From Candidatus Obscuribacterales bacterium (lineage in GTDB: Bacteria > Cyanobacteriota > Vampirovibrionia > Obscuribacterales > Obscuribacteraceae): 64,000 nucleotides of DNA. The notes beneath the pieces were generated by a model, which saw nothing but the letters and a program-made list of their open reading frames with translations, ran no database searches and was not told where the DNA came from. The translations under genes were made by a program, and so were the position numbers. The DNA lies in the NCBI GenBank assembly GCA_965228855.1, contig CBDDIJ010000002.1, forward strand, positions 1,696,001-1,760,000, read 5' to 3'. Positions 18,823 through 29,468 of this stretch are shown one piece after another. Within the stretch, counting starts at the first letter, position 1; the number at the start of each line of letters is the position of its first letter.

Positions 18823-19854
18823 ATGACAAGTACAATCGCAATAAACAAAACCCTACCGTTTCTTTTCACTGGTGCGAAGGAACCATCGTTCACTTTTCTT
18901 TTTCGAATTCACTCAGGATCGGAAAAGCAATTGCATGATGTTGGACATATTCGTGGGCGTTGCCACGAGATTTTCAATGAGCTTGAATCACAAGGTTCCG
19001 ATGTTGAGGCGCTGCGCAAAAAGACAGATGCACTGATCGAAAAAATCGACTTGCATAGTGGTGCTAAGTCGATCGGCCTGTTTGTGTCTGGTGAAAACGC
19101 CCAGTGCGAGACGTTCTTCATACACATGCCTGAACGATTCTATTTCGGTGATTATTTCTCCGGTTTAGAGGCTTGCTATGCCACTGCTGAGTCCACGCCT
19201 TATGCACTGTTTGTTCTAGAACCGCAATCGCTGAAAGTATTTAAAGGTCAGGCCGATCATCTTGAGTCGATGCCTGAATCGGAAGCCGTCAGTCATCTGC
19301 AGAAAATTTTCAAGGACCGGCAGCCGGCTCATCATGATAAAGATGGAAAGACTCACAAAGTGCATGATTCCAAATGGCAGAAGAGTTTTGTCGATGCCGT
19401 GGCTGCTGTTTGCCTGGGCGTGCCTGCGATGGTCGCTGGTTTGGAATTGACAGGATTGACGGAACGCGAATTGAGAGACGCGGGTGTCGAAATTCTTGCG
19501 ACCAAGAATGAGGTTTGTCAATCGACTGGAACGGACGCGCTGGTGCAAGTGGCAGAAGATTTGCTCAAGGAGTTTCATTCGACTCGCGCTGCTAAGCTGC
19601 TTGAACAATGCAGGACTGCAATCGGTGCGCAAAAACTCGTGAGCATTCCGCAGGATATGTTGGCGTGCGCACAAGAAGGTCGAGCTGAAATGCTGCTTCT
19701 CGAAGCACCGGCTTGGGATGTTTCCGGCAAAATGGCGTTGACTGAGATTCACGAGACCATCCGGCATACTCTTGAAAATGGCGGACGAGTTGAGTTTGTT
19801 CCGACTGGTAGTTTGACCGAGTGGAACGGAGCTGCTGTTTTGCTGCGGTATTGA
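18823..19854 (+). CDS. Bacterial aeRF1-like (baeRF family) protein, possible ribosome hibernation/rescue factor
   Basis: KSIGLFVS, AQEGRAEMLLLE and C-terminal TLENGGRVEFVP...GAAVLLRY are typical of baeRF/eRF1 domain-3 proteins; no GGQ motif. Start could be GTG at 18790. Confidence 0.75.
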   Translation: MTSTIAINKTLPFLFTGAKEPSFTFLFRIHSGSEKQLHDVGHIRGRCHEIFNELESQGSDVEALRKKTDALIEKIDLHSGAKSIGLFVSGENAQCETFFIHMPERFYFGDYFSGLEACYATAESTPYALFVLEPQSLKVFKGQADHLESMPESEAVSHLQKIFKDRQPAHHDKDGKTHKVHDSKWQKSFVDAVAAVCLGVPAMVAGLELTGLTERELRDAGVEILATKNEVCQSTGTDALVQVAEDLLKEFHSTRAAKLLEQCRTAIGAQKLVSIPQDMLACAQEGRAEMLLLEAPAWDVSGKMALTEIHETIRHTLENGGRVEFVPTGSLTEWNGAAVLLRY

Positions 19855-19959
19855 AGCGCGACATTTGACTGAACTGTTTATGGCTGAATGCGAATTTCTG
19901 AGTGTTTAAGGAATATCCTGCTACGTTCAAGAAATTCGCATTCGCTCGTGCTTCAATGC

Positions 19960-21957
19960 TCAGGCACAAACAGACAATACGTCGACAGGCAGTCGTACGT
20001 CGAAAGTCGTTCCTTCTCCGAGACGGCTAGTGCAATGGATGGAACCACTGTGAGCTTCGGCGATCTTCTTGCACAGGTAGAGACCGATGCCTGTACCGGC
20101 GCCTTGTTTGTAGTATTTCGATCGGCCTTGACCAAACCTTCTAAATAAATATTCCTGATCGAGAGGCGAAATTCCTGTGCCATTATCACTGACGCTGACG
20201 AGTACTTGATCGTCACCTGCCTCCACCTGTAGTGTCACTTCTCCACTGGGCTTGCTGAACTTTATCGCGTTGTGAAGTAGGTTGGTGAGCATCCGCTGTA
20301 TGGCTATCGGATCGCCGAGCACGTTAGGCAGCCTTTCGGCAATCTTGACTTGTAACGAGATTCGATGAGAGCGCGCCATCGGAACTACTGAGGCAACTGC
20401 CTTCCCGGCAATGAGTTCGAAGTCTATAAGTTCGCGTGCCAGCTCTACGCTGTCGGTGTCAAATCGATAAACATCAAGGACGTTTCGCAACAAGGTCAGC
20501 AGACCATCGTTACTCTGGCGGATCTCATACAGGAATTCCCGGTGCGGTTCGGCCATCTCTCCGAGTGCTCCATCGATCAGATTCTCCAAGACTCTATTGG
20601 CTCCAATCAGTGGATTCTTTATATCGTGCGCCAGCTCAGCGACAAATTCTTGTCGATGTCTATCGTTGTTCAGTCGTTTTGATGCGTCCAGCGCCATGAA
20701 GATGCCACCATCAGTGCACTGATTTCGATCAAGCACAGCCCATGCGAAAACGTCGTAAGGGGCGCAGTCGCCTAGAGCGCCCCGTTGAAGAGTGAAGCCT
20801 TCGAGGGCGAATGGCGCGCCGTTCTTTATTACTTTGTCCCAAACGTCTTCGCTAATCGCTGGCAGTAGATTTTTAATTGACGTGTCTTTTTCGCTTGAAT
20901 CACCGGAGTAAAAATTGTTTTTGAATGCGGTGTTACTCGTGAAGACTCGACAATTATTGTCGAACCTCGCTATGCTCACAGGTGTTCCTTCTAATAAATT
21001 CTGCAGCAAGTCTCGCTCGGTGGCCACTTTGTGTCTGGCGATATGTTCAGTCTGAAAGCGGATGATTGCAAATCGAATCGCTCTCATCAAATTCAACTCA
21101 TTGATTTGCCCTTTGATGAGGTAGTCTTGAGCGCCTTGAGATATTGCTGCTTGTGCAACGGCTTCGTCATCGAGACCAGAGACTACGACGATCGGTACTT
21201 TGGCTGCGTATTCTCTCAATCCGTCAAGTACTTCCAGACCCCGTGCATCCGGCAAGCCAAGATCCGTCACGATCAGATCGAAAGCCGAGAGTCGCAAATG
21301 CTTTTTCGCGGCATCAAGATCTGCTGCCGTACTGACTGCATAAGCGCGGGAACCATTGATTGTTAGCAGCTCTTGAATGACAAGCACGTCGTTTGGATTG
21401 TCTTCAATTAATAAAATCGTCTTTTGTTCAGATCCAGAAGCTGAATCCGATTCTGTTGCAACCTTGTCTCCACTCAGATCTCGATGAATTACTTCTGGTG
21501 CAGAGACTTCGGAAAGTTTTTGACTAGTCGTAAGAGCGGCAATATTTAGCCAGGCGGTTTCGATTACCTCGAGAACGTGCCAGAGATTCTCAAAGGCCGG
21601 CGGTTTGGTCAAGTAACAATCTGCGCCATTGGCAAGAGCGAGGCGCTCGTCTTCCGGATTCTCAGAAGTCGTCAATATCACAACTTTTAGATCGTTCAAT
21701 TCACTGTGGCTTCGTAGCTCGACCAGCACTTCGTGTCCATTACGCCTTGGCAAATTTAGATCCAGGAACATCAAATCTGGTGCGTTCTCGGGGTGATGCA
21801 GCAACTCGCGAACGTAGTCTATCGCAGCCTCTCCGTCCTCGAGAACGTGGAGTCTGTATCCGATTCCGGAATCCTTGAGAAACTCCTTCATCAATAAGAC
21901 ATCGTGCGGATTGTCTTCCACGATTGCGATGTTCAAAGGGCGAGGCATCAAAATCAC
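19960..21957 (-). CDS. Hybrid REC-REC-PAS histidine kinase
   Basis: Rcp1-like REC (VEDNPHD, LDLNLP, LTTS, YLTKP); second REC (TDLGLPD); H box LAHDIKNPL; NLLHNAIKFS; GTGIGL. Confidence 0.92.
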   Translation of the reverse strand: MILMPRPLNIAIVEDNPHDVLLMKEFLKDSGIGYRLHVLEDGEAAIDYVRELLHHPENAPDLMFLDLNLPRRNGHEVLVELRSHSELNDLKVVILTTSENPEDERLALANGADCYLTKPPAFENLWHVLEVIETAWLNIAALTTSQKLSEVSAPEVIHRDLSGDKVATESDSASGSEQKTILLIEDNPNDVLVIQELLTINGSRAYAVSTAADLDAAKKHLRLSAFDLIVTDLGLPDARGLEVLDGLREYAAKVPIVVVSGLDDEAVAQAAISQGAQDYLIKGQINELNLMRAIRFAIIRFQTEHIARHKVATERDLLQNLLEGTPVSIARFDNNCRVFTSNTAFKNNFYSGDSSEKDTSIKNLLPAISEDVWDKVIKNGAPFALEGFTLQRGALGDCAPYDVFAWAVLDRNQCTDGGIFMALDASKRLNNDRHRQEFVAELAHDIKNPLIGANRVLENLIDGALGEMAEPHREFLYEIRQSNDGLLTLLRNVLDVYRFDTDSVELARELIDFELIAGKAVASVVPMARSHRISLQVKIAERLPNVLGDPIAIQRMLTNLLHNAIKFSKPSGEVTLQVEAGDDQVLVSVSDNGTGISPLDQEYLFRRFGQGRSKYYKQGAGTGIGLYLCKKIAEAHSGSIHCTSRLGEGTTFDVRLPVDVLSVCA

Positions 21958-22023
21958 TCCTTATTCCAGTTAATCAGGATGCCTTGACCGGTCCTTAACT
22001 TTATCATGAATAGCGCGTTGCTC

Positions 22024-23709
22024 CTACGCCGATTGGTCGACTTCTTTCCGCGCAAGCGGCAGAGTGAGCTCAAACGTTGTGCCTTCCTTGACTGGTTTGA
22101 GTGTGATGTTGCCACCATGGCGCTCGACAATTTTTCTGCAGACCGCCAGGCCGATACCGGTTCCCGGATATTTGCTCACCGAATGCAGCCGCTGAAAAAT
22201 TTCAAAGATACGCTCGGCATACTCCATGCTGATTCCTATGCCGTTGTCGGAGATGGATAACACCGCGTTATTCTTGTCTTCGAGGACGCTTATGCGAATT
22301 TCCGGCTGCTTTTCGCTGCGAAACTTAATCGAGTTACTGAGCAGATTCTGAAAGAGGCGCGTGAGTTGGTTTGCGTCACCGAGCACCTGCGGCAATTCAT
22401 CAAAGATGATCTTGGTTTCTGTCTCGTTAATAGCAGCTTCAAGACCTTTGATAGCGTCGGTGAGAGGTGCATTCAAATCGACAGGAACCAGCGGCTCGCC
22501 TTGCGTTTCGACACGCGCATACAAAAGCAAATCTCTGATTAACTGTTGCATACGCTCAACGCTCTCGACTATAACCTCGAGATATTTTTGCGTATCGGGA
22601 GTGAGAGAATTGCCTGCTTTCTTCTTTAGAAGATTGCTAAAACTAATTACGGTTCGCAGTGGTTCCTGCAAATCGTGCGAGGCGACGTAAGCAAATTGTT
22701 GAAGATCGTGATTCGAGCTGGCTAATCTCTCCGCCAGCTGTTGGAGTTTTTCCTCTTGCACTTTGCGTTCGGTTATATCGCGTCCTTCCGGAATGAGATA
22801 CTTTACTGTGCCGTCTTCTGCGAAAACAGGCTTCATGGAGAAGTCGAACAGTGCTGGACTTCCTGATGGTCGCAGATGTTTAACTTCAAACCGAACAAAA
22901 TCACCCTTCGCGACTGCGGTCACTGCATCTTGAATTTGCTTCTGTACTTCTTCGGAGTGCGCAAACCAGGGTGTCTTCCAGAATAAATGATCGGTCACCT
23001 GTTGTGCCGTCGTACTCTGATAGTCCAGGGCTGTTTGATTCACGTCAATTACACGCCCGTCAGGCTCCAGTAGACCGATAAGTTGAAACGTGTGATCGAA
23101 TATCGCTCGGAACTTTCTCTCGCTCTCCGCCAGCTCGTTAGTCCGTTTCTTCACTTCCTCTTCCAATATTTCGGCGTGTCGCTTTAGGACGTCGATGTTT
23201 GTAGATGTGCCGAACCATTTGATGATGTTTCCTTCCTGATCTCGCACTGATTCAGCTTGCGCGAGAAACCATCTGTAAATGTTATCCTTGCCTCGCCACC
23301 TGTATTCAAACTGAAATAGATCGCCCGTTTTGAGACATTCAGACCACTTCTCCAAGCAGGGGCTGAGGTCGTCAGGATGCACGACCTGCTGCCAGTTGTT
23401 GCCTGAGGTGTCTTTGAAGTTTAAGCCTGTGTATTCGTCCCAACGACGGCTGTAGAAATCGATAAAACCGTCGGCTGTTGCCGTCCATACTACCGGAGAC
23501 AGAGCATTGGTGAGGATATGGAATTCTTTGCTTTTCTGCAGGAGCGATTGATTCGTTTCTTCAAGTTCTCGCCGGCATTTCTCCAGTTCTATTTTCAGAG
23601 AGGAGGATGCTTTCTTTTCACTATTAGCAGAGGCGTTAAGCCTCCAGAAGAGAACCGCGATAGCGCATGTTGAAAGGGCGAGGGCAACTTCCACAGCATG
23701 TTGCTCCAA
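22024..23709 (-). CDS. PAS-PAS sensor histidine kinase with Cph1-type transmitter
   Basis: VHPDDL...YRWFL PAS/PAC; QFAYVASHDLQEPLR; YPGTGIGLAVC. Confidence 0.92.
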   Translation of the reverse strand: MEQHAVEVALALSTCAIAVLFWRLNASANSEKKASSSLKIELEKCRRELEETNQSLLQKSKEFHILTNALSPVVWTATADGFIDFYSRRWDEYTGLNFKDTSGNNWQQVVHPDDLSPCLEKWSECLKTGDLFQFEYRWRGKDNIYRWFLAQAESVRDQEGNIIKWFGTSTNIDVLKRHAEILEEEVKKRTNELAESERKFRAIFDHTFQLIGLLEPDGRVIDVNQTALDYQSTTAQQVTDHLFWKTPWFAHSEEVQKQIQDAVTAVAKGDFVRFEVKHLRPSGSPALFDFSMKPVFAEDGTVKYLIPEGRDITERKVQEEKLQQLAERLASSNHDLQQFAYVASHDLQEPLRTVISFSNLLKKKAGNSLTPDTQKYLEVIVESVERMQQLIRDLLLYARVETQGEPLVPVDLNAPLTDAIKGLEAAINETETKIIFDELPQVLGDANQLTRLFQNLLSNSIKFRSEKQPEIRISVLEDKNNAVLSISDNGIGISMEYAERIFEIFQRLHSVSKYPGTGIGLAVCRKIVERHGGNITLKPVKEGTTFELTLPLARKEVDQSA

Positions 23710-23828
23710 TTATCGAGCCACCAGTAAATCGCTTTTTTCACACTTACCCAGTCGGTCCCGATTTTTCTCAACAACTTTGTCCGCATGACGAATGAAGCTT
23801 TCGTGAAGGTTTCGTTGTCTGCGCTTGG

Positions 23829-24443
23829 TTAGATTTGTTTGGCTTCTTCGGGTGCGAGTGTTTGCCGAAATAGCTTTCGTTCTACTTCAATGCGAGCCAG
23901 AGTAGTCGTTGCGCGCATTTTGACGTACGGGTTATCGTCGTCTGCGAGGGCTTGAAGCGCCTCGTCTGGCACTCTGGAATTTTCAGCAATGCTAAATCTG
24001 ACGTCCGGGTTGTCATCCGTCACCATCAACATTATCGATGCCAGTGGTGTTGTTGGATTGCTCGCAGTGGCGATTCGAATTTCAGCAACTGCTTGATAGG
24101 ACAGCTGAGCTAAAGTTCCGACCCCGGTGTTGCTGTTTTCAGCTATTCGCTCAAGCATGCTGCTGTCCGCGCCGATGGACAGGTCGTCGAGCACCGAAGG
24201 CGGGGTGTTCGGATTGATTGCCAGCAACCAACAGATTTCCACCAGTTCTTCGTTGGTGGTATCCAGTTGCTCTCGAATTGCTGATGCGAGTTCCGGAACG
24301 GTGGTCGTTTTCTCAAGCCAGTGATCGACCAGATTCTTCATTGCTTGTGTAATTCGAGGATTCGGGCACTCGCAGATAAAGTTGTAGAGATACGATAGGT
24401 CATCGGCTGCTATTTTGTCTGGTTGTCCTTGTGGATTTTTCAT
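23829..24443 (-). CDS. HEAT/LRV-like helical repeat protein
   Basis: Repeats LAINPNTP, IAENSNT, ASNPTTP, DDNPDVRFSIAEN, DDNPYVK; GAGG RBS before ATG at 24443. Confidence 0.75.
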   Translation of the reverse strand: MKNPQGQPDKIAADDLSYLYNFICECPNPRITQAMKNLVDHWLEKTTTVPELASAIREQLDTTNEELVEICWLLAINPNTPPSVLDDLSIGADSSMLERIAENSNTGVGTLAQLSYQAVAEIRIATASNPTTPLASIMLMVTDDNPDVRFSIAENSRVPDEALQALADDDNPYVKMRATTTLARIEVERKLFRQTLAPEEAKQI

Positions 24444-25011
24444 CTGTTCGCCTCGTGTAATCTGGAATTGAATAATGCATCTGTTTGAGTAAACAGATGC
24501 GGCTGCCTGTAAGGCGGAAAGTTTCAATGATCTGCGGCAATGAATTGATTTCAAGCGACCTTGAGTTCGCTTCCGGTTGTTTCAACTGGCGCTTGAAGTT
24601 CCGCGTTCAGATACGAGGTGCTCATAAGCAAGAGAAAAAATTCGGGTTTCGTGTCGTGCGTGTGACCAGGGAGTTCACATTGAACCAACGCCTGATCATG
24701 ACAGGTTTAGCAGCAGACCGAGAGCAAAACAGCGGCGGTCGCAAGCTTCTCAGGCTGACCAACAGGTGCACTTTCACAATCCTTCTAACGTCATCATAGC
24801 ACAACGCGCCGTCATTAATTCTCTCGCGAAAGGGCGCTTTGGAAACCGACAATCAACTGTTGGATACTTCCAATTGTGATGTTGTTGCGGAAGTGCGCAG
24901 AGCAAGCGGGTCTTGTTCAGTGAGTCGTGCAGTCGAGATTCTTGATATAATCGATCTGGTTTCATCTGGTAACATGGAATCCTTCTATATGAGTCGGCGG
25001 AGATTACTTTC

Positions 25012-28000
25012 GTGGACATCGTCACTTGTCCGTCGACAGTCGAGATTGAGCAGCTAATCCGTGGAGAGATTGCCGATCCTTTCGCGTCAGATGTTTTGTC
25101 CGGGCATGTCAGTGACTGCTCTCGTTGCTCTCGAACTCTCAAACGATTTGGTAGCCAGCTACCAGAGTCCAACTTTCGTTTTTCAGATCAACATTCTGTG
25201 CCACCGCACGCTTCGGCAGGCGACCATCAGTCTTTGCCAAATTATGCAAAACCTCCCACGCTCAGGCAGGCGCTAACATTTCTGGCACCCGCTCAGCAAC
25301 CGGACGAAATCGGCAGACTGGCTCACTATCGAATCTTTAACGTGCTCGGTTCCGGCGGAATGGGTGTCGTATTGCATGCTGAAGACATTCATCTCAATCG
25401 CCCGGTCGCTTTGAAGGTGATAAAGACCGAGTACAGTCGAGATCCGGAAACGCGAACCCGCTTCATGCGCGAGGCTCGAGCGATGGCTCACGTAAAGAGC
25501 GATCACGTTGTAACTGTTTATCAGGTTGGAGAAGACAACGAGACGTGTTTCATCGCTATGGAAATGCTGGAGGGTGAACCTCTGGACAGCCTGATGGATA
25601 GGTCTCATATGCTGCCACTGCCCGAGGCAGTTCGAATCGGCAAGGAGATAAGTCTTGCGCTTGTTGCGGCGCATAGCAAGGGCGTGATTCATAGAGATAT
25701 CAAACCGGCTAATGTCTGGATTGAGGAGAGCGGCCGCGTTAAGCTTCTTGATTTTGGTTTGGCTCGTCCGGAGTCTACCGACATCAAACTCACGGCTACC
25801 GGATTGGTCATGGGAACCCCTGCTTACATGGCCCCTGAGCAGGCACGGGCGGCCGCGACAGACGAGCGTGCCGACCTTTTCTCGCTTGGTTCCTTGCTCT
25901 ACCGCTTAGTCTGCGGAGTACCTCCCTTCTCCGGCGACACCGCGATGGCGTTGATTGCGGCGTTGATTGAATCAACCCCTGCACCACCGAGCAAATTCAA
26001 CATCGAGATTCCACCGGTTTTGGATGATTTGATTTTGCAGCTTCTGGCAAAGTCTCCTGATGACCGTCCGAAATCGGCTGTGGAAGTTGTTTCCAGGCTG
26101 GAATACATTGAGAAAGGGCTCGTCGGAACAACTGGAAATCAAGCCATCGTACGAAGGAGTCGTGTTCCTGCCTTTGGTTCGTTCGATGGAGACTCCGGTT
26201 CCCATAATGCCATGTCAATCTTTGGTGACCTGTCTGCAGCTGGTTCTGCATTGTCTGGTCAAAGTCTGACTCGCAGAAGAGAGGCGGAGCATCGTCAGGT
26301 CACCATGCTTATGTGTAGTTGCAATTTGTTTGAGTCCGAGGATTTTATAGAACACTTTGAAGCCTCCGAACAGAATGAACTTCTCTGTCTGTTTCGCGAT
26401 ATCTGTCAGCAAGCCGTTCAAACATTTGATGGAAGCATTGTTCGATGGAATGACGATAGTTTGCTCGTTTGCTTCGGCTATCCCACAGCTTACGAAGATG
26501 CTGCAAGCCGTGCGGCAAGTGCGGCTCTCCAAATTCTCGAAGAACTGCAGGGAGTCGATCAGATTGTGCGAGAAGAGAGGAAGCTAGAGCTTGGCGCGTG
26601 GCTTGTCTTAAACACTGGGCGTGCCATTGTCGAGACAAAGGATGGAGAAATCATTGTTGTTGGTGAAGCACGCAATGTCGCGACTCGCCTTAAGGAAGTC
26701 GCTTGCTCGGGACAGATTGTCTGTAGCGATTCAACGCATCAATTGCTTAACGGAAGATTCGATTGCACCGCCATTGGTGCACACCAGTTCAAGAATCTCT
26801 CTCGTCCGGTTTCGTTGTTTCGAGTTCATTCAGTTTTGGAGAATGTTGACCCCAGTCCAATCCTCAATGATGTCGAATTAACCCCGCTCACAGGGCGCGA
26901 TCTCGAACTGAGTTTGCTACACGCCCGTTGGGAGCAGACTAAAAATGGTACGGGTCAGATAGTTCAATTAATTGGCGAATCCGGTCTTGGTAAGTCTCGG
27001 CTGGTTCGCGAATTGAAGCACCACATTTTTGACGGGCGAACAGAAAGCGGGCTGAGCAGAGATTTGGCGTCGTCGAATAGCTCATCGGTGCCACATTTCG
27101 TGTCGTGGTTTTGCTCGCCTCATTTTCAGAATAGCGGGCTATATCCGGTTAAAACATTCTTTCAGCGAATCTTGCACTTTGCCGCACATGAGGAGGCTTC
27201 GGAGAGGCTTGAACGCCTGTTGAGCCACCTGGAACGTTATAATCTCGCGCAACCGGATACGGTGGCGTTGTTTGCTTCATTATTGTGTATTCCGACTGAC
27301 GTCAGATTTCCGTCACTCGGGCTTACACCTGTGCGTGAGCGAGAGGAAACATTTCGTGTGCTTGAGGATTGGTTTTGCGCTTACTCAAGTGAACAAGCGG
27401 TTTTATTTGTAGTCGAAGATTTGCATTGGATTGATTCGTCCACTCTCGAATTTCTCTCTAAGTTTTTAACCGAAGGAATGCACGATCAAATTCTAACCGT
27501 ACTAACTTCGCGACCGGACTTTCGTCCGCCCTGGCCGGCGCTCTCAAATCAAACAATTATCTCTCTTTCTCAATTGACGAAAGAGCAGGTAGGCGACTTA
27601 TTGAAAGGAAAAACTGGAACCATGCCCTCTCGATCGGTCATCGAGCAAGTCTACGACCGGGCAGGGGGAGTGCCGCTATTCGTCGAGGAATTCTCAAAAG
27701 TAGCTGAAGAAGCCGGTGGGCTGGAAGATGCTGGTGAGGACAGATTCAAAACCATGGCGCGTGTGATACCACCCACGCTGCAGGATTTGATTATGGCCCG
27801 CCTGGAGCGAATGGACGGCGACCGTGACCTTGCTCAGCTTGCCGCGACCCTTGGCCGCGAATTTAACTATGAAGTATTTGCCATCGTCACCGGTCTGGAT
27901 TCGGCGACTTTAAACATTGAATTGACCAAGCTCGTTCAAGCCGAGATTTTGCACGAGAAGGGCCGCAGACCAAACTCTACGTTCATATTTAAAAATTCAC

Positions 28001-29442
28001 TTTTGCAAGACGCCTTATACGGCAGCTTGGTCAAGAGCAAGCGACAACAATTTCACGCGCGTATTGTCGATAGTTTGGAATCGCGCTTTCCGCAACTCGT
28101 AGAACCGGAGATGCTTGCTCATCATGCCACTGAGGCGAACCAGATTCAGAAGTCTGTTCATTACTGGGTCGCCGCAGGGTTGCGCGCACAAGAACTGTTC
28201 GCCAACGCTGATGCGATCGGACATTTCAAGAGAGGCTTGAGTACACTTTCGGAACTTCCGAATTCGCCACAACGAGATATGCTGGAGCTCTCTCTGCTAA
28301 TCCCGCTGGGATCTGCATATCAGGCTGTTCTCGGTTATGCCGCTCCTGATGTTGGACCTACTTTTGCCAGAGCGCGCGAACTCTGTCAAAAGGTTGGCAG
28401 CCCGGCTGAGCTGTTTTCGATCATGTGGGGCAATTGGACCTGGCACCTCGTGCGCAGCGAGTTGTTGCTATGTGCGGACCTCGCTGATGAAATGAGTACC
28501 TATGCGGAGTACACCACCGATAGTGGCATGCTGATGGAGGCTTGCGTAGTCCTCGCTATAACTAAATTTTTCAGTGGTGATTTTTCTGGCTGTCGGAAGT
28601 ACTGCGAGGAAGCAATTTCGCGCTATGAAAACAGTGAGCTCTGCCGTCTCTGGAGTGGACGAACGGGACAGAATGCCTCAGTAGTCGTCCGCGCCTACCT
28701 GTCACAGTCGCTCTGGCATCTGGGCTATCCGGATGAAGCGCAAAAGATCAATGAAGATATGCTCGCGCGCGCCCGCGATATCGGGCATCCTTTCAGTCTG
28801 GCGCATGGCCTCTATTTTTCCGCCTGGTTGCAGTATCGCTGTGGCGCCGGTCGCGAGCTTAGAGAAGCCGCGTCGGAGTTGGCAAAGATCGCGGTCAGTC
28901 AGGGCTTTGATATGTGGCGTGCCACTGCAACATTCCTCGAAGGCGCTGGTTTGCTGGTGGTAGGCGAACCTGAGCAGGCTCAGGAAAAATTGGAAAGGGG
29001 ACTGGAATCGTTTCAGGTGCTGTCTGCCGCTTTGACAATACCGGCGCAGCTCGCAGTTCTGGCGAGCGCGTGTATGAAGAATCAACGCATACCGGAGGCG
29101 CAAGAGGCACTCAGACTTGGCTTGATTCTGGCCGAGCGAAACCTTGACTGTTCTCAGAAGTCGGAACTTCAATGCTTAATGGGACAGGTTGCACTGTTGA
29201 GTTCAAATGACATTGTGACCGCGGAGACCAGTTTCCGAGCGGCGATGGAAACAGCCAGGCAGCAGGGAAGTCGAGCATTGGAATTGCGTTCAGCCATTTG
29301 CCTCGCCGAACTTCTAGAACGTTCGGGACGAGGCGAGGAAGCTTACTCCATATTGAGCACTATTTGCGGTGCCTGCCCTGCGTGCTGTTCAACGCCAGAT
29401 CTTGTGGCTGCCAGGATGCTTCTGCGAGACCTTACGACTTAA
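25012..29442 (+). CDS. Ser/Thr kinase - class III cyclase-like - AAA ATPase - TPR fusion with N-terminal zinc-finger-like motif
   Basis: LGSGGMG, VALK, HRDIKPAN, DFG, YMAPE; cyclase-like RQVTML...FGYPTAYED; Walker A GESGLGKS, Walker B VVEDLHW; TPR-like C-terminus; N-terminal HVSDCSRC. Confidence 0.92.
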   Translation: MDIVTCPSTVEIEQLIRGEIADPFASDVLSGHVSDCSRCSRTLKRFGSQLPESNFRFSDQHSVPPHASAGDHQSLPNYAKPPTLRQALTFLAPAQQPDEIGRLAHYRIFNVLGSGGMGVVLHAEDIHLNRPVALKVIKTEYSRDPETRTRFMREARAMAHVKSDHVVTVYQVGEDNETCFIAMEMLEGEPLDSLMDRSHMLPLPEAVRIGKEISLALVAAHSKGVIHRDIKPANVWIEESGRVKLLDFGLARPESTDIKLTATGLVMGTPAYMAPEQARAAATDERADLFSLGSLLYRLVCGVPPFSGDTAMALIAALIESTPAPPSKFNIEIPPVLDDLILQLLAKSPDDRPKSAVEVVSRLEYIEKGLVGTTGNQAIVRRSRVPAFGSFDGDSGSHNAMSIFGDLSAAGSALSGQSLTRRREAEHRQVTMLMCSCNLFESEDFIEHFEASEQNELLCLFRDICQQAVQTFDGSIVRWNDDSLLVCFGYPTAYEDAASRAASAALQILEELQGVDQIVREERKLELGAWLVLNTGRAIVETKDGEIIVVGEARNVATRLKEVACSGQIVCSDSTHQLLNGRFDCTAIGAHQFKNLSRPVSLFRVHSVLENVDPSPILNDVELTPLTGRDLELSLLHARWEQTKNGTGQIVQLIGESGLGKSRLVRELKHHIFDGRTESGLSRDLASSNSSSVPHFVSWFCSPHFQNSGLYPVKTFFQRILHFAAHEEASERLERLLSHLERYNLAQPDTVALFASLLCIPTDVRFPSLGLTPVREREETFRVLEDWFCAYSSEQAVLFVVEDLHWIDSSTLEFLSKFLTEGMHDQILTVLTSRPDFRPPWPALSNQTIISLSQLTKEQVGDLLKGKTGTMPSRSVIEQVYDRAGGVPLFVEEFSKVAEEAGGLEDAGEDRFKTMARVIPPTLQDLIMARLERMDGDRDLAQLAATLGREFNYEVFAIVTGLDSATLNIELTKLVQAEILHEKGRRPNSTFIFKNSLLQDALYGSLVKSKRQQFHARIVDSLESRFPQLVEPEMLAHHATEANQIQKSVHYWVAAGLRAQELFANADAIGHFKRGLSTLSELPNSPQRDMLELSLLIPLGSAYQAVLGYAAPDVGPTFARARELCQKVGSPAELFSIMWGNWTWHLVRSELLLCADLADEMSTYAEYTTDSGMLMEACVVLAITKFFSGDFSGCRKYCEEAISRYENSELCRLWSGRTGQNASVVVRAYLSQSLWHLGYPDEAQKINEDMLARARDIGHPFSLAHGLYFSAWLQYRCGAGRELREAASELAKIAVSQGFDMWRATATFLEGAGLLVVGEPEQAQEKLERGLESFQVLSAALTIPAQLAVLASACMKNQRIPEAQEALRLGLILAERNLDCSQKSELQCLMGQVALLSSNDIVTAETSFRAAMETARQQGSRALELRSAICLAELLERSGRGEEAYSILSTICGACPACCSTPDLVAARMLLRDLTT

Positions 29443-29468
29443 AGGCGCACTTCAAGATCTCCAGAAGT

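Noticed and set aside
24485..25057. Possible ECF sigma factor upstream of the zinc-finger kinase
   Set aside because: The short ORFs here show no sigma region 2 or 4 motifs.
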